Of a stretch of DNA of 64,000 bases, positions 40,205-52,810 are shown one piece after another. The number at the start of each line of letters is the position of its first letter. Within the stretch, counting starts at the first letter, position 1. Both the position numbers and the translations under genes were made by a program. This DNA comes from Octopus sinensis. Its lineage: Eukaryota. Where the stretch lies: assembly GCF_006345805.1 (NCBI RefSeq), contig NC_043009.1:14632001-14696000 (forward strand). Direction: 5' to 3'. The notes under the pieces were generated by a model. It was not told where the DNA came from. It worked only from the letters and a program-made list of their open reading frames with translations, and searched no databases.

Positions 40205-40640
40205 TTACTCTTTTAATTGTTTCAGTCATTTGACTGCGGCGATGCTGGAGCAACACCTTTAGTTGAGCAAAGCGACCCAGGAGTTATTTTTTGTAAGCCT
40301 AGTACTTATTATATCGGTCTCTTTTGCCGAGCCACTAAGTTACGGGGACGCAAACACACCAATATCGGTTGTCAAGCGAAGTTGGGGGTAGAAACAGAGA
40401 CACACAAACACACACACCTATATATATACATATATATATATATACATATATATATATACATATATATATATATACATATATATTTATACATATACATATA
40501 TACGACGGGCTTCTTTCAGTTTCCGTCTACCAAATCCACTCACAAAGCTTTGGTCGGCCGGAGGCTATAGTCGATTAGAGTTGCCCAAGGTGCCACACAG
40601 TCGTACTGAACCCGGAAGCATGTTGCTGGAAAGCAAGCTA
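40205..40640 (-). mobile_element. SINE family A, near full length
   Basis: Reverse-complement homology to 671-1070, including the internal microsatellite. Confidence 0.85.
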
Positions 40641-41098
40641 TTTATTTAATTTTATTTGCCATAAAGAAAGTACATAGAGTAGCTGCGAGCTGGACAAGTA
40701 CATTAATGAATGAAAATGAAATAAAATGAATAAATGAGAGACGAAACCCAACGCCCGCCGATTGGATTTTTCTCGAAAACATATTCTTTTTTTAAAACTC
40801 AACATGAGTGTTCAAACCTCTAGCAAAAAGGAGGCACTAAAACCTCTTATTTAACATGATTTTCTTCTTAAAAACATAATTGAGGTTATAAACCACTACA
40901 AATAATGCAAAAATATGAGGTTTCAAACCCTCTAACGAGGCTTTTTCCCCTCCTGCTCATCGATATATACATCAATATATCCGCCATTATCTTTAATGCC
41001 GTTTCATTTCCTGTATCCCTCCATTTCCCATGCCTCATTCATGTACGAGACCTAAGTCGTATATGAATATACATGCATACATATGTATATATTCAGAC

Positions 41099-41140
<42 letters not shown>

Positions 41141-41268
41141 TATATATAAGGTATATATATATATATCTTTGATTTATATAATATATTCATTATCTACAGA
41201 AACCTAGACACAATTATGGGTAAATACATACAGCATACGAGCGTATATACACATACACACACACATAC

Positions 41269-41351
<83 letters not shown>

Positions 41352-42240
41352 TATACACAACTTGATTGCTGGTGAATAATTTGTCTCCAAAATCTCCTTG
41401 ACATAATGTATTTAGAACCCTAAGACTATGCCAGAATAACAAAAACCTAATTCAATGTGCCTCCCTGTTGTATAGAATTATTAACTATTTGGTTACAAGT
41501 GAAACGTTAACTTCGCATCTATGTCAGCACCCGTACAAAGTTCATAGAACAACAGCACTCTAGATTTTTCCTAACGTAACAGCTTGAAATATTCTTCGTT
41601 AGGAACGTAATTCTTCGTTCAATTCCACGAACAAAACACTTAAAGAGATGAAACCATTATTAATAGATAAAAGCATAATCCTTATTTGATACGTTGAAAA
41701 TCCTTTGAGTCATTCTCTCTTAGCTACCTAACTTTGAGCATATTAACTATGTGATGCAAAATTTGACTTGTAGATGAAAAGAATATGAAAGTCTACTGCA
41801 GAAAAAATTAGCGATCTTCCGTTTCCAACCAAAATGCACTTATCATTTTATTTTATATTTCATACTTATACTTTCTACAAACTTTCTCAACCTTCATTTT
41901 TCTGAAAAATTACTAAAAATATTTTGTAGATAGTACTTATTTGATATAAAATATTAATTACTAAATTAAAATATATATCTGAACATATATATATATATAT
42001 TTGAATAGATATTAGCTAAATAATTACATATGGGTCTCTATGAATACCATGTACATTGAATATTTTTGACAGAGATTCAGTCAAGAATGTTTCCTTATAA
42101 ATAAATAGAAGAATCTTCACGTTTGGTAGCAATCATTTATAATGGAGAACATTCCAATAAATTTACTGTCCAATGCATTACAGACTGATAAAGTCCCTAA
42201 ATGTGTATTACTCATATGTAATCAATTTCATAAACAGGTA

Positions 42241-43250
42241 CAGGATGCATCAGTTTTTTGAGGACATCGCTTTCAAGAATTCTAAATTTCTTGTAATTTA
42301 TTTTGTATTTTACTGTTGAGATAAATAATATCAAATATGATGTGGACCCGACAAAGGAAAAGGCATGCCTCAGTTGTTGCCATAAAAGCGCAGCATAGTG
42401 TTTCAGAGATAGCTCGCTTCTTGAAAGTTGACCAATAACTTCATTGTCAATGTTCGAAAGGAGCTAGAAGCTGCTGACGGTGATACGAGATCAGCAGCTA
42501 AGTGCAAAACGCATTCATAGGGTCTCAATACATCAGAACACCAAACTTAATACAAAATGTCCAATTGATAAACGCTCCAGAAAGTCAATCAGAGCTATAG
42601 CAAAGACCTCCCTCTCAGAATTCACCAGCAGAAATGCACGGAGAATCCGGTAAAAGTAATCTGTAATGCGAAGGGGGTCAGTTTATTTCGGATGTGGCAA
42701 AGAATAATCGTTCGATCCGGGCAAAGCGCTTGATAATTAAGTCAAAACTCCAAAGAGGCTGGAATGCTTTGGCTTTTCTCCAATGAGAAAAAACTTCCAA
42801 CAGAACCGAAAAGTAAACAGAGGGAACAAGAGAGGATTAAGCAGGGAACTGAAAGAAATTCCAATGGTCATGCAAACTAAGTGACCAACAACTGTGATAG
42901 TTATGAGAGTCGTCAGCAACAAGGGATACGTTATACTTCGTCACTTTTATCACAGGACATGTGATTAAGAAAATGCCGCTATCTACAAAGAGGTGTTGAA
43001 GATAGTTGTGAGGTCCTGGATAGACAGATTACCCAACCGAAAAATCGCACATCTTCCAATATGACTCAGTGGATCTCATAAGGCTATGAATACTCAAGCG
43101 TGGATGTGTACCGAAATCCATGAATATGTTCTCCCAGGCACTATGCCTCCTATCTCGCTCAGTCCACCGTACTACTATGTATGGGGCATAGTCACGAGAG
43201 AGGTCAATCAACACCCACGAAACTGGACATTTCAATGCTTCCTACCCTGT
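42241..43250 (+). mobile_element. Tc1/mariner DD37D (maT-like) transposon, decayed
   Basis: MWTRQRKRHASVVAIKAQHSVSEIARFLKV, GMLWLFSNEK, RKVNRGN…TTVIVMRVVSNKG, YKEVLKIVVRSWID, YYYVWGIVTREVNQHP. Ends tacagg… and …ccctgt. The catalytic D residues are mutated, so DD37D is inferred from family resemblance. Confidence 0.8.
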
Positions 43251-44740
43251 GTTGAATGAAATTTTGATGCCAACAGTGTAATAAAAGGATTTTCAAGAAT
43301 ATTTGTACCAATTTGTTTTCACAACAGCTTTTCTTAGCTGAAATAAGCGTCTTTTTCTTAATCCATGCCAGTGACCTCGGAAAAATGACCCAGGATCGAT
43401 ATATGGGTGAATATATAATATGCATATTTGAACGGAAATTTTAGAACTAATGTAATCGGCATGAATCTGTTTCTGGTATAATCAAGCACTGGAAGAATGA
43501 ATAAACACTTTATTTATTTATTAATTTCACTTCTTTTTCGACAGTCACCTTACATTATATAAAGTGATCATGTTATGAGTATATCATATACGAAAAACGA
43601 AATTGCTGGTACTATGTTGACTATTGAACTATTTGGGGCACAAACTTAATGTTTAACCGAAAGCTATCGTTGATCGACCAAATCTAAGATGAAAAGTGTA
43701 CAGTTGTAGCCAACGCCATAACATTCCTGTCAGTTTATATAAGACGACATTATTCGCTGTCATACGTTTGAACCTTTAAAGCACTCTACGAAGGCGATTT
43801 GGTTTCAAAGGACCGTATGAAAAGTATTTAGTCTGCTGAAGTACATGAGTTTTATGATAAAAATATCCCATCTCTGGCTTCTATAAGAGGAAGCTATTTC
43901 CCTTCTTGAAAAAGGACTAACAAAATATTTTCTTGTTAGATAACTGAAATCTGCTGATAACTCTAGATTTCTATTACCTCTTTTATTACACCAAATTCGC
44001 GTGTCGTCTCAATAGTGTTCATGATAAATGGTTTTGATACATAAACGTTTAGCCTGTGGAGATGATTTCAAACAATTCTTCGCTTAAGACAAGAGATAAC
44101 TAGCGATGATTGATCTTATTGAACAAATCTAATTATTTTAAACATCAGATCATCTAAATACAGATGGTGATCAAACATCCTCTTTGATTTATCATAAATA
44201 CTAGGATTAAACATGCATAAACACCTTTTGATTCACGTATGTTTTTACATGAAAAACGGGACTAGAAATGAAAAACCTCTTCCTTTTCATTAGTATATTT
44301 CCCACAATCTTTGATTTGTATTAATTATGTCCTTATAAATATCGACTGTATTAAGTTCTCCGCGTCTTTTGAGAGCATCACCAAAATAATCCGCTCATAA
44401 CTGTGAAGGGACCAAATCAAATTACAGGTCTTGGTATAATTCATCTAAACCTAGAAAAGTTATATACATAGAAAGAAAAATGACGCCAAGTGAAATTATT
44501 TAATTATCACGTAAGTAATTTTTAATGAATACATATTAAAAGGAAGAGAGAATACTCCAGAATGCAGATTATATGGTGTGTTTCTCTAGTATGCGGAATA
44601 TAATGTCAGTAACACAACAACTCTTCATTACATTACATTAAATTGAAAGTCAGGACGGGCTCGAAAGTCTAATATCGCCAATCTACACTGAATGTCATGA
44701 CTTTTTGTCAAGTAATACTTCGACCAGCTATTGTTTAGAG

Positions 44741-44954
44741 CAGTGGTTCCAAACTGTTTCGCATTGATTTGCTTTTCTTTTTCAGATCATTTTTAGCCAT
44801 TATTTTTTAAACTCCAGTGACTCACAGATAAATAATGGAGGACATCAGCCAGTTTTGGTCACCCCATAAACGCCTTGTATTTCTTCAAGGCCAACCGTTT
44901 GGTTCTTTCAACCCATCTCCCTAGTGGTGGTACTGCCCACTTTGGAAACTACTA
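44741..44954. mobile_element. Degenerate hAT (Charlie-like) MITE
   Basis: Starts cagtggttccaaa and ends tttggaaactacta. 8-bp flanks gtttagag and atttagtg match 6/8 and resemble the NTCTAGAN target. Confidence 0.45.
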
Positions 44955-45159
44955 ATTTAGTGCCTTGGGAGCAGGCACCTAACTACGAACAATGTCATGC
45001 ACCTGTTTAACGCCGGAAATTGTTGACCATTTAGAGTAATGTGATTTATAGTTTCTAAATGAGTCCATATAGAACACCTTCAACCTACTCAAATATATTG
45101 AGGAATAAAGACTGCAATAGATCAGGAAATCAGTTGAATATCTGATGCAAGTTTCTAAT

Positions 45160-45585
45160 CCTATTCATACTCTGTCGCTAACATATATAACAAACTAAAA
45201 TAGACTACATAGGAAGCATAATCGATACAAGTTAATATATAAAAGATAGTGGAAAGCAGAAAAAAGATGGTATAGGCACACGCCAGAAAAGGTAACAGAA
45301 AACGAGAAAGCAACCATAATCTGGGACAGGCCAATACACACAGATAAAAAATTAAGGGCAATAGGACGGATATAGTTGTCAGAGATCATGAAGAAAAATG
45401 CTTTGCAATTGATGTGGCAATAGACGACAATGTTTCTCTAAAAGAAATGGAGAAACTTTCAAAATACAAAGACTTGGAATTAGAGTTAACTCGAATGTGG
45501 AATGTAAAAACAGAAACAATTCCTATCATAGTGGGCACCTTAGGTATGATAAAAAAAATACTCAGTCACATACATAACAAAAAAA
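45160..45585 (+). mobile_element. RLE-type LINE (R4/Dong-like, second family), C-terminal endonuclease fragment
   Basis: WYRHTPEKVTENEKATIIWDRPIHTD…NRTDIVVRDHEEKCFAIDVAIDDNVSLKEMEKLSKYKDLELELTRMWNVKTETIPIIVGTLG (one frameshift). Confidence 0.88.
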
Positions 45586-46304
45586 ATTAAATTAAAGAAT
45601 TTAATCATTAAATGATTAATTCAATTGAATTTTGTTATGCCTATACAAACAAATGACAACGTTAGTTACAACTGTTTCGTCATCATTAAATAATAGAATT
45701 TTTTCCAAAAATTAAAAATACCGTTTTTAAACGCAACGAGCTTTCATCATACGGACACATCTTTTTAATTGTTTTGTGAATGAAAGAAACAACTGAATAT
45801 TTTCATAAGTTTAAACGCTTTTTTAAGAATGAGCTTAAGAATAGAAAAAACAAACTGGAATTTCGTGAAGATTATACAATCATTTTCATTTTCTCCGCAA
45901 TGGAAATTAGAATATCAACTATCAAATATGAATAATATCTTATCCTAATATTACATTAAATATTAATACTGAATTTCATAAAATTTTTATTTTCATTCTT
46001 ACCTAGTTTATCGCCTCTGTTGCAACATATACTAAAATAGTTATCTTACCTGAATTTACACATTGTTATTTAAGAAATTATGTTAAATTATTTTATAAAA
46101 TTTCATTTTGAATTAATTAATATATAAAATTAATTTTTCTAGTTGGCTATATATATAAAATGTACATATGTATGTGTATAAATGTATGTAATTGTACATG
46201 TATATGAGAATGTATGCAAATGTATATGAGCTTACATATATATATATATGTATGGATATATATATATATATATGTATATATGGATATATATATATATATA
46301 TGTA

Positions 46305-46346
<42 letters not shown>

Positions 46347-47344
46347 GACGTATAGATTTATATATATATACATGTATACAAATGGATGTATAATATAACA
46401 TATGTGAAGATATTACTGAATTTTATTGTGTTAGCTCATTTCTCGTATTTACTATATTTGTCATAAAGTTTTATTGTATTTTTAGCCAGTTTTTGTTTTT
46501 CGCACTTTATTAGATATCGTTTTTCCTTTTGTTCCTATTAATAGAAAAACAGTTATCTCACCTGTATTTACATTATGATATAATCGGAAAAATATTAAGT
46601 CTGAATTATTGCATAATGAATATACAAGCTAAGTTTTTACCAGATATATGTATATAGACTTACTTATATATGCAATTGTGTATGCAATCTTGATGCAAAT
46701 ATACATGGAGATAAAAAAACGTAAACTTGTGTATATGTGTAATCATACGTATAGATGTAGGGATATGTATAGGTACATATATTTATGTGTGTATGTAGGT
46801 ATATATATATGTGTTTGTGTGTGCATATGTATATTTATGTATATATGGTGATGTGTGTGTATGTATAAATGTGTACATTACTTAACAAAACCTATTAGAG
46901 ACTAATAGATTTGAATTTAAGAATTTACGAAATTTCTGTTTAGTTATTCTTCATCTCGCGCTTAAAAAAATGTTTTTTTTTAAAAAACTAACAGTTTTAA
47001 AATCAAGAAAATGTTTACCTGCTACTTTCGCAAAATAATTAACAAGATATATCAGTCTGATGAAACCTCATTGGATTTAAAACGTTATTTTTAATTTTTC
47101 GAAGAAATCTGTTATTTACGATGTGGGAAAAGCTATTATTGATGTGAATTAATTATTTAATGATAAAGTTTTATTTTTTTTTTTCCGTTTCTATTATTAG
47201 TATTTTGATAAACTGATTGTTTATTCTTAACCTATCTGATACGAGCGGTAGTTCATGACAATATTATTTATATAGGTATATAACAAGTAAGTTCTTTGGA
47301 TATTCAATATACGTTCGATGGTTATTTAACATCTACACATATAT

Positions 47345-48120
47345 GATGATTGCCACTTCCTAACAGAAGAAGGCCATCTCTTCAATTAATAAATACTGTC
47401 ATACGATCTTATATGACTAGCAAGACATGCTCTTGACAAACAAACTCTTCTGCAGTCTTTGGATTGCAGTTAAGTCCTGTCTACGAAGTTCTCGTTTCAA
47501 GATGCATTGTTTAATTCTTCGAGCTTCAAATGCTTTACATCTATTGTAGATCATTTGTTTCCACACCAATCAATCTGGTGTCTTCAACCTCCACATTAAG
47601 AGCCTTAAGGTTTTTCTTGTCAGCATCCCTAAAACGTTTCTTAGGTTTATGTCTCGGACGTTTGCCACGCTGCACCTCCCCGTAAAACAACTTCTTTGGC
47701 AACCCGTCATCCTGCATCTTAGCCAGGTGCCCAGTCCAACGCATCTGATTGCATATGAGGATCATTTCAATAATTGATATGTTAGCTTGCTGAAGCATAA
47801 CGGTGCCTGATGTTAAAGAATTCTATTTGGTGTCTAGTTTCCTTCTTAAGCAAGTCTGGTGGAATCTATCGATAGCCTCGATATGGCGCCGATATGTCAT
47901 CCAGGTTTCAGAAGAGTATAGGAGGACTGCTATAAAGTGCAAGATTCATAGATACTAAGCTTGGTTTTGAAGGTGATACCACTATCAGATCACACACGAT
48001 TTTCAAGCCTTCCAAATGCTTTGCTGCTTTTTCAATTCTCAAATATATTTCAGAATCAAGGGATCCATCTCTAGAGATAGTGCTGCCAATTTAGATGAAC
48101 GAGTCAACCACATCTAATCT
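47345..48120 (-). mobile_element. RTE (BovB-like) LINE 3' fragment
   Basis: SRDGSLDSEIYLRIEKAAKAFGRLENRVW, NQMRWTGHLAKMQDDGLPKKLFYGEVQRGKRPRHKPKKRFRD, CKAFEARR; short catcat-type tail. Confidence 0.88.
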
Positions 48121-48312
48121 TGTACCCTGGACAAAGATATCAGGTTTCACATACGATTGTGCCTGAGAGATCATGTACTATATATATATATATAGTACAT
48201 GTATATATACATATATACATAAATATATATACATATACATATATATATATACATATGCATAAATATATATATGCTTACATATATATACATATGCATAAAT
48301 ATATATGTATAC

Positions 48313-48385
<73 letters not shown>

Positions 48386-48393
<8 letters not shown>

Positions 48394-48834
48394 AATGTAG
48401 GATTAAATTTTTTTCGAAAAAGATTCTTTTCGAAAAAAAAATTATCCTACATTAGATATAAATTTAAGCGTTCACTTCCGGACTCTCTCACTCAGTTCAA
48501 ATCGCACGTGTCTCGAATGGGCTGGAGTATTTCTATTTTGGATGTATTTGGGGTACTTAATTGTGCTCATGACTTAGTGTTTGTTTCTTTCATGTGTATG
48601 AGTAAGTATCTCATTTATTTCTTTTGCCACATGTATCACTGACGAAGGGAGGGCTGTTATGAGCTAACCCTGAAATCGGTCCGATATGGTAATAATGGAA
48701 TTTTTTAGAAATTTCTGTCGACCCTTTTTCGAGTAGCGTGCGTATTGTGAGAAAAAAATTGTATGATTAATGGACAATATGTCCAATTTTTCGGCATATT
48801 TGGCATTCGAATTTCTTTCGTTTGCCCTTATTTA

Positions 48835-48840
<6 letters not shown>
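48386..48840 (+). mobile_element. Penelope-like 3' end / pseudo-LTR cassette with an inverted 5' junction, between two (TA)n tracts
   Basis: Imperfect palindrome at 48386-48460, a [14 protein letters not shown] peptide resembling the PLE terminal FI..FKP.LN motif, and a hammerhead motif inside. Family assignment is inference. Confidence 0.55.
48634..48691 (+). ncRNA. Candidate type I hammerhead ribozyme (canonical core)
   Basis: UAUCA-CUGACGA-AGGG-(ag GGCU guuaug AGCU aa)-CCCU-GAAA-UCGG-U-CCGA-UA-UGGUA: intact CUGANGA and GAAA, stems I-III all pair, AUA cleavage triplet. Confidence 0.7.
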
Positions 48841-48916
<76 letters not shown>

Positions 48917-48984
48917 TAGGAGAAAAACGGTCAGTTTTATATCTCTGAGCGAGAAATAAGTAGTAACAGTACTACAAACTAAAT

Positions 48985-49345
48985 TCTATTTGCCAACGTC
49001 AAGTGGCAGTCCTGATCAGGATGGTGTAACTACCTTTCTAGCCTCCAGATAACATCTTTTTCCATCACTGCGTCGATACGAGACCAGCAACTGTGTGTCA
49101 CTTTAAAAGTATATACTCGAACAAAAGCCTAGTGCTGAGAGTCAACGGCTTTTGTGTGGTAATGAAGTGAAATAACCCAAAAACCATTGATTCGTTTAAG
49201 GCTGAGTGAGGACAATTGCTCCCTTGGTCAAGGTAAAAAGACACAGTTGTGTGTAGGTAGCCAGCTGGAAAAGATATTTTCCCCGATCTAAAAAAGGTAG
49301 TAACATCTTCCTAATCCCGACTGCAACTTTACATTGGCAAATAGA
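48985..49345. mobile_element. Old fold-back / MITE-like element with ~80-bp imperfect TIRs
   Basis: tctatttgccaacgtcaagtggcagtcctgatcaggatggtgtaactaccttt… aligns to the reverse complement of the right end, tctatttgccaatgtaaagttgcagtcgggattaggaagatgttactaccttt…, at roughly three-quarters identity by eye. Confidence 0.65.
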
Positions 49346-49378
49346 CGTTTCTCTCGCTCTCTCTCTCTCTCTCTCCGT

Positions 49379-49446
<68 letters not shown>

Positions 49447-49503
49447 TATATGTAGGTCCCAGGTTGAGTAAATAAGGTACTCAATACATAGCAGAGTAAA
49501 TTA

Positions 49504-49634
49504 ATTTATTATATAGAAGGAGCTTCTACAGGACTAGAACTGTTTCATTCAAAAGAAATCATCAGGAAGCTCGTGATGATTTCTTTTGAATGAAACAGTT
49601 CTAGTCCTGTAGAAGCTCCTTCTATATAATAAAT
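49504..49634. repeat. Perfect palindrome: 61-bp arms, 9-nt loop
   Basis: 49504-49564 is the exact reverse complement of 49574-49634; the loop is ggaagctcg. Confidence 0.95.
49520..49572 (-). ncRNA. Candidate type I hammerhead ribozyme within the palindrome
   Basis: GAGCUUC-CUGAUGA-U-UUC-uuuu-GAA-U-GAAA-CAG-uucuaguc-CU-GUA-GAAGCUC: 7-bp stem I, intact core, 4-bp stem III, GUA triplet. Stem II is weak (U.U closing). Confidence 0.65.
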
Positions 49635-49731
49635 ATATATATATACATGCATATATAGACGTATACATATATATAGCATTTATATGTATATACATACATA
49701 CATACATACATACATATGTCTCTCTCTCTCA

Positions 49732-49802
<71 letters not shown>

Positions 49803-49809
49803 GTATTCA

Positions 49810-50548
49810 TACAGGGTGTCTATACAATCATGATGCAATCTAAAATACTTGTATCTTCGTAACTATACTTAATAATCGGTAAAAAGTATAATAAAGAAGA
49901 ATGACCTAATTTTTCAATTCATCTTGTTAGTTTTCAACATGTCAACCATCATTAGTGAAAGAAAGTGAGGGCGGTGAGCTGGCAGAATGGTTAGCATGCT
50001 GGCCGAAATGCTGGCCGAAATGCTTACCGGTATTTCGTCTGTCGCTACGTTCTGAGTTGAAATTGTGCCGAGGTTGATTTGTCAACCTTTCTGGGTCGAT
50101 AAATTAATTACCAGTTTCTCACTAGGGCCGATGAAACTGAGTACCCCTCCTCCCAGATTGCAGGCCTTGTGCCTATAGTACAGAGAATTATTAATACAAA
50201 GAGAAATATGATATCATTCTTTAATACTCAGGAAAATTTATCCAGCTAATATTCAGCATCATCTTCAATAATTCCAGTTATCCTTGCTTTGAAGTCTTCT
50301 AAAGAGCGAGTTGAAGTTGAATAAACTACATGTCACATGTCCTTGTAAAAACAAATCCAATAGCGTTCAATCTGTAAACTTGGACGCCTAAATAATGGTC
50401 CTCCTCTTCCAATCCATCTGTTAGGGGCTTTCTCATTTAGAATGTACCTAATTTTCACAGCGAATTAAGAAGGTGCACCATTCTGTTGTAAAACTATAAT
50501 CCCGATCAGTTCTCATAGTTCAAGCTTGGGAAAGAAGTAATTTGTAGC
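49810..50548 (-). mobile_element. Tc1/mariner DD41D (rosa-like) 3' half with one TIR, interrupted by a SINE
   Basis: LQQNGAPS…ILNEKAPNRWIGRGGP…HVVYSTSTRSLEDFKARI. Terminal tacagggtgtc at 49810. Subfamily inferred from the WIGRGG motif. Confidence 0.72.
49967..50193 (+). mobile_element. SINE family B, nested in the rosa-like element
   Basis: gaggcggtgagctggcagaatggttagc…ttctgagttgaaatt…caggccttgtgcctatagta, with an internal tandem duplication of gctggccgaaat. Confidence 0.82.
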
Positions 50549-50695
50549 ATTGTAACATGAGTTTACGGACGCCATGTATTTACACACATATATATATATA
50601 TGTGTGTGTGCGTGTGTGTGTGTATGTATGTGTGTGTGTGTGGTGTGTGTGTGTGTGTATGTAAATACATGACGTCCGTAAACTCATGTTACAAT
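50549..50695. repeat. 36-bp inverted repeat (1 mismatch) flanking a CA/TA/TG microsatellite spacer
   Basis: attgtaacatgagtttacggacgccatgtatttaca (50549-50584) versus tgtaaatacatgacgtccgtaaactcatgttacaat (50660-50695). Confidence 0.9.
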
Positions 50696-52278
50696 ACGAT
50701 TCCAAAATTACAGGGAAAAATACAGTTTAGTAATAATAAATCAATTTGACAATATATAATATAAAAAAAACGTGGTGTAAATAGGACTAGAATAAATAGA
50801 TATAAATATTTATTTTATCTATGAAAATATATATTTAGCTTATAGAAGAAAAAATAGCAAAATATAGTATACCATTACTAGAAAATTAAAATACAAGTAA
50901 TTAAAATACAATATTTAAAACAATATATATATATGTGTATATATATAAATATAATACAGAATATAGATTAAGTGAAACTAAAATACTATAATTAAATCTA
51001 TATACATTAAATTACTAATTTATTTATTTAATAAACATCTACGTTAAATCTAATTCTAATTAAGTAATATATGCTAACATAATTACATGCTAACTTATAT
51101 ACATAATAGTAGTACAAACTATGGCTAAAAGAATTAAAAATAGAAAACATGTTTCAAATATATACACACAAACTAGTTAAAGTTACATAATTAATTCAAT
51201 TTATATATAGATTTAATATTATATTCATGTGCAGAATTAACCAAAGTTTCAATTATTATTAAAAGTATTTACTTAAATGCAATATTACACAACCAATAAA
51301 ATTCCTTCCTATTCGATGATATTTTATCTAACAAAACAATTTCACTATGTAAATTATATGTAATACGTTAATTTACAAGATTATAACAACAATATAAATG
51401 ATTAGTAAATAAATATACGTATCGTATCTTATAATTATCAAATAACAATATAATTCGCTTTATTATCTATTTATATAAGATAACATATGTACATTTATTT
51501 AATTATTTTATTCTTTTTATCTTAGACCTGATAAGTGACTATATTTAAATTGAATTGATCTTACTGTTATCAGTCAATTAGACGCCATCAGATTGATGAA
51601 TTTAAGAAGAGTGTTGTCTCTTTTTTACAGAAATAATCAAAGTAGAAACGCTACAGTGTTTTGAAATCCCCTTACACTGGTTAATCGAGTGTATAACGAG
51701 CATATATAAGGTACATAGAAGAGATAGTCTCTGATAACAAAATACTGCAATTTTAGGATATTCAAACAAAAATCAGCCAAACTGTACTGAGAGTGTATAG
51801 AGAAGTTATTGTACAGTTTACACCCCATGGATTATCACAAATCAAACAAAGTTAAGTCAAACTTAAAATGATTCTTAAATGATTCTTAATTATTTGGTAT
51901 TCATTACTAGTTTTAATGTTGCTGCCTTTTCTTTCATTTAGCTATTCTCATTTTGTAATTTTCTGCTTGATCACGATATTCGTGTTTATAATTATGCTAC
52001 TTGCCATCGTCTTAATCTTCGTTGTAATTGCAGTTCGTCTTCGTTGTATTTGTCGAGGTTGTGCGTTCACCATCTTTATCAAATCTCCTACTCAACGTCC
52101 TCCATTATATCGTGTTCTTGTCATTGCTACCGAAATATATTCCTCCACCAATTCCACATACCTCCCAGTTTCTTTCTTCCCAATTCCTTCCAAATTCTCA
52201 TACATTTCCAATTCCTCTCTTCCTCATCATTCTTGCAGTTCTTGGTTATTGTTTTTACCTTTCTTCTCGTTTGTTAAT

Positions 52279-52296
52279 TACTGCTGCTGCTGCTGC

Positions 52297-52337
<41 letters not shown>

Positions 52338-52342
52338 CTACA

Positions 52343-52376
<34 letters not shown>

Positions 52377-52395
52377 GTAGTAGTAGTAGTAGTAA
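52279..52395. repeat. (CTG)n-(CAA)n-(CTA)n-(TAG)n compound repeat
   Basis: Directly visible. Confidence 0.95.
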
Positions 52396-52635
52396 TAGGG
52401 AATGCCGTACTTTGACAGGTTTCAAGTAATTCTACTTTCTCTTCATGATAATAAAAGCTGGACCATATTTACATAGCTTAGTAATTAAAATTTTATTTGA
52501 TATGCAGGTTAATTGAGGCGAGGATGAATATTTATGCGCCAAACACATATTAATTAAAAATTATTATTCCGTAATCATATCTATTTTAATGTATAGTGTT
52601 GGTAAAATATTCAAAACCCAAGTTTTATTTTTTTA

Positions 52636-52672
<37 letters not shown>

Positions 52673-52810
52673 AAGAGAGAGAGAGAGACAGAGAGAGAGA
52701 CAGAGAGAGAGACAGAGAGAGAGAGAGGGAATGAAAGAAACAGAAAGTGACAGAGACAGGCAAACAGACAGGCAGATAAATAGATACAGAGAGGATGACA
52801 GAATAAAAAC

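Noticed and set aside
42241-43250. Matching TIR pair for the maT-like element
   Set aside because: Only about 5 terminal bases match between the two ends, so intact TIRs are not claimed.
45660-45690. Minus-strand tgatgacgaaacagttgta
   Set aside because: No C3, no stem II and no stem I.
47055-47092. ctgatga…aaaacgtta hammerhead-like string
   Set aside because: G12 is missing, stem II is poor and there is no stem I pairing.
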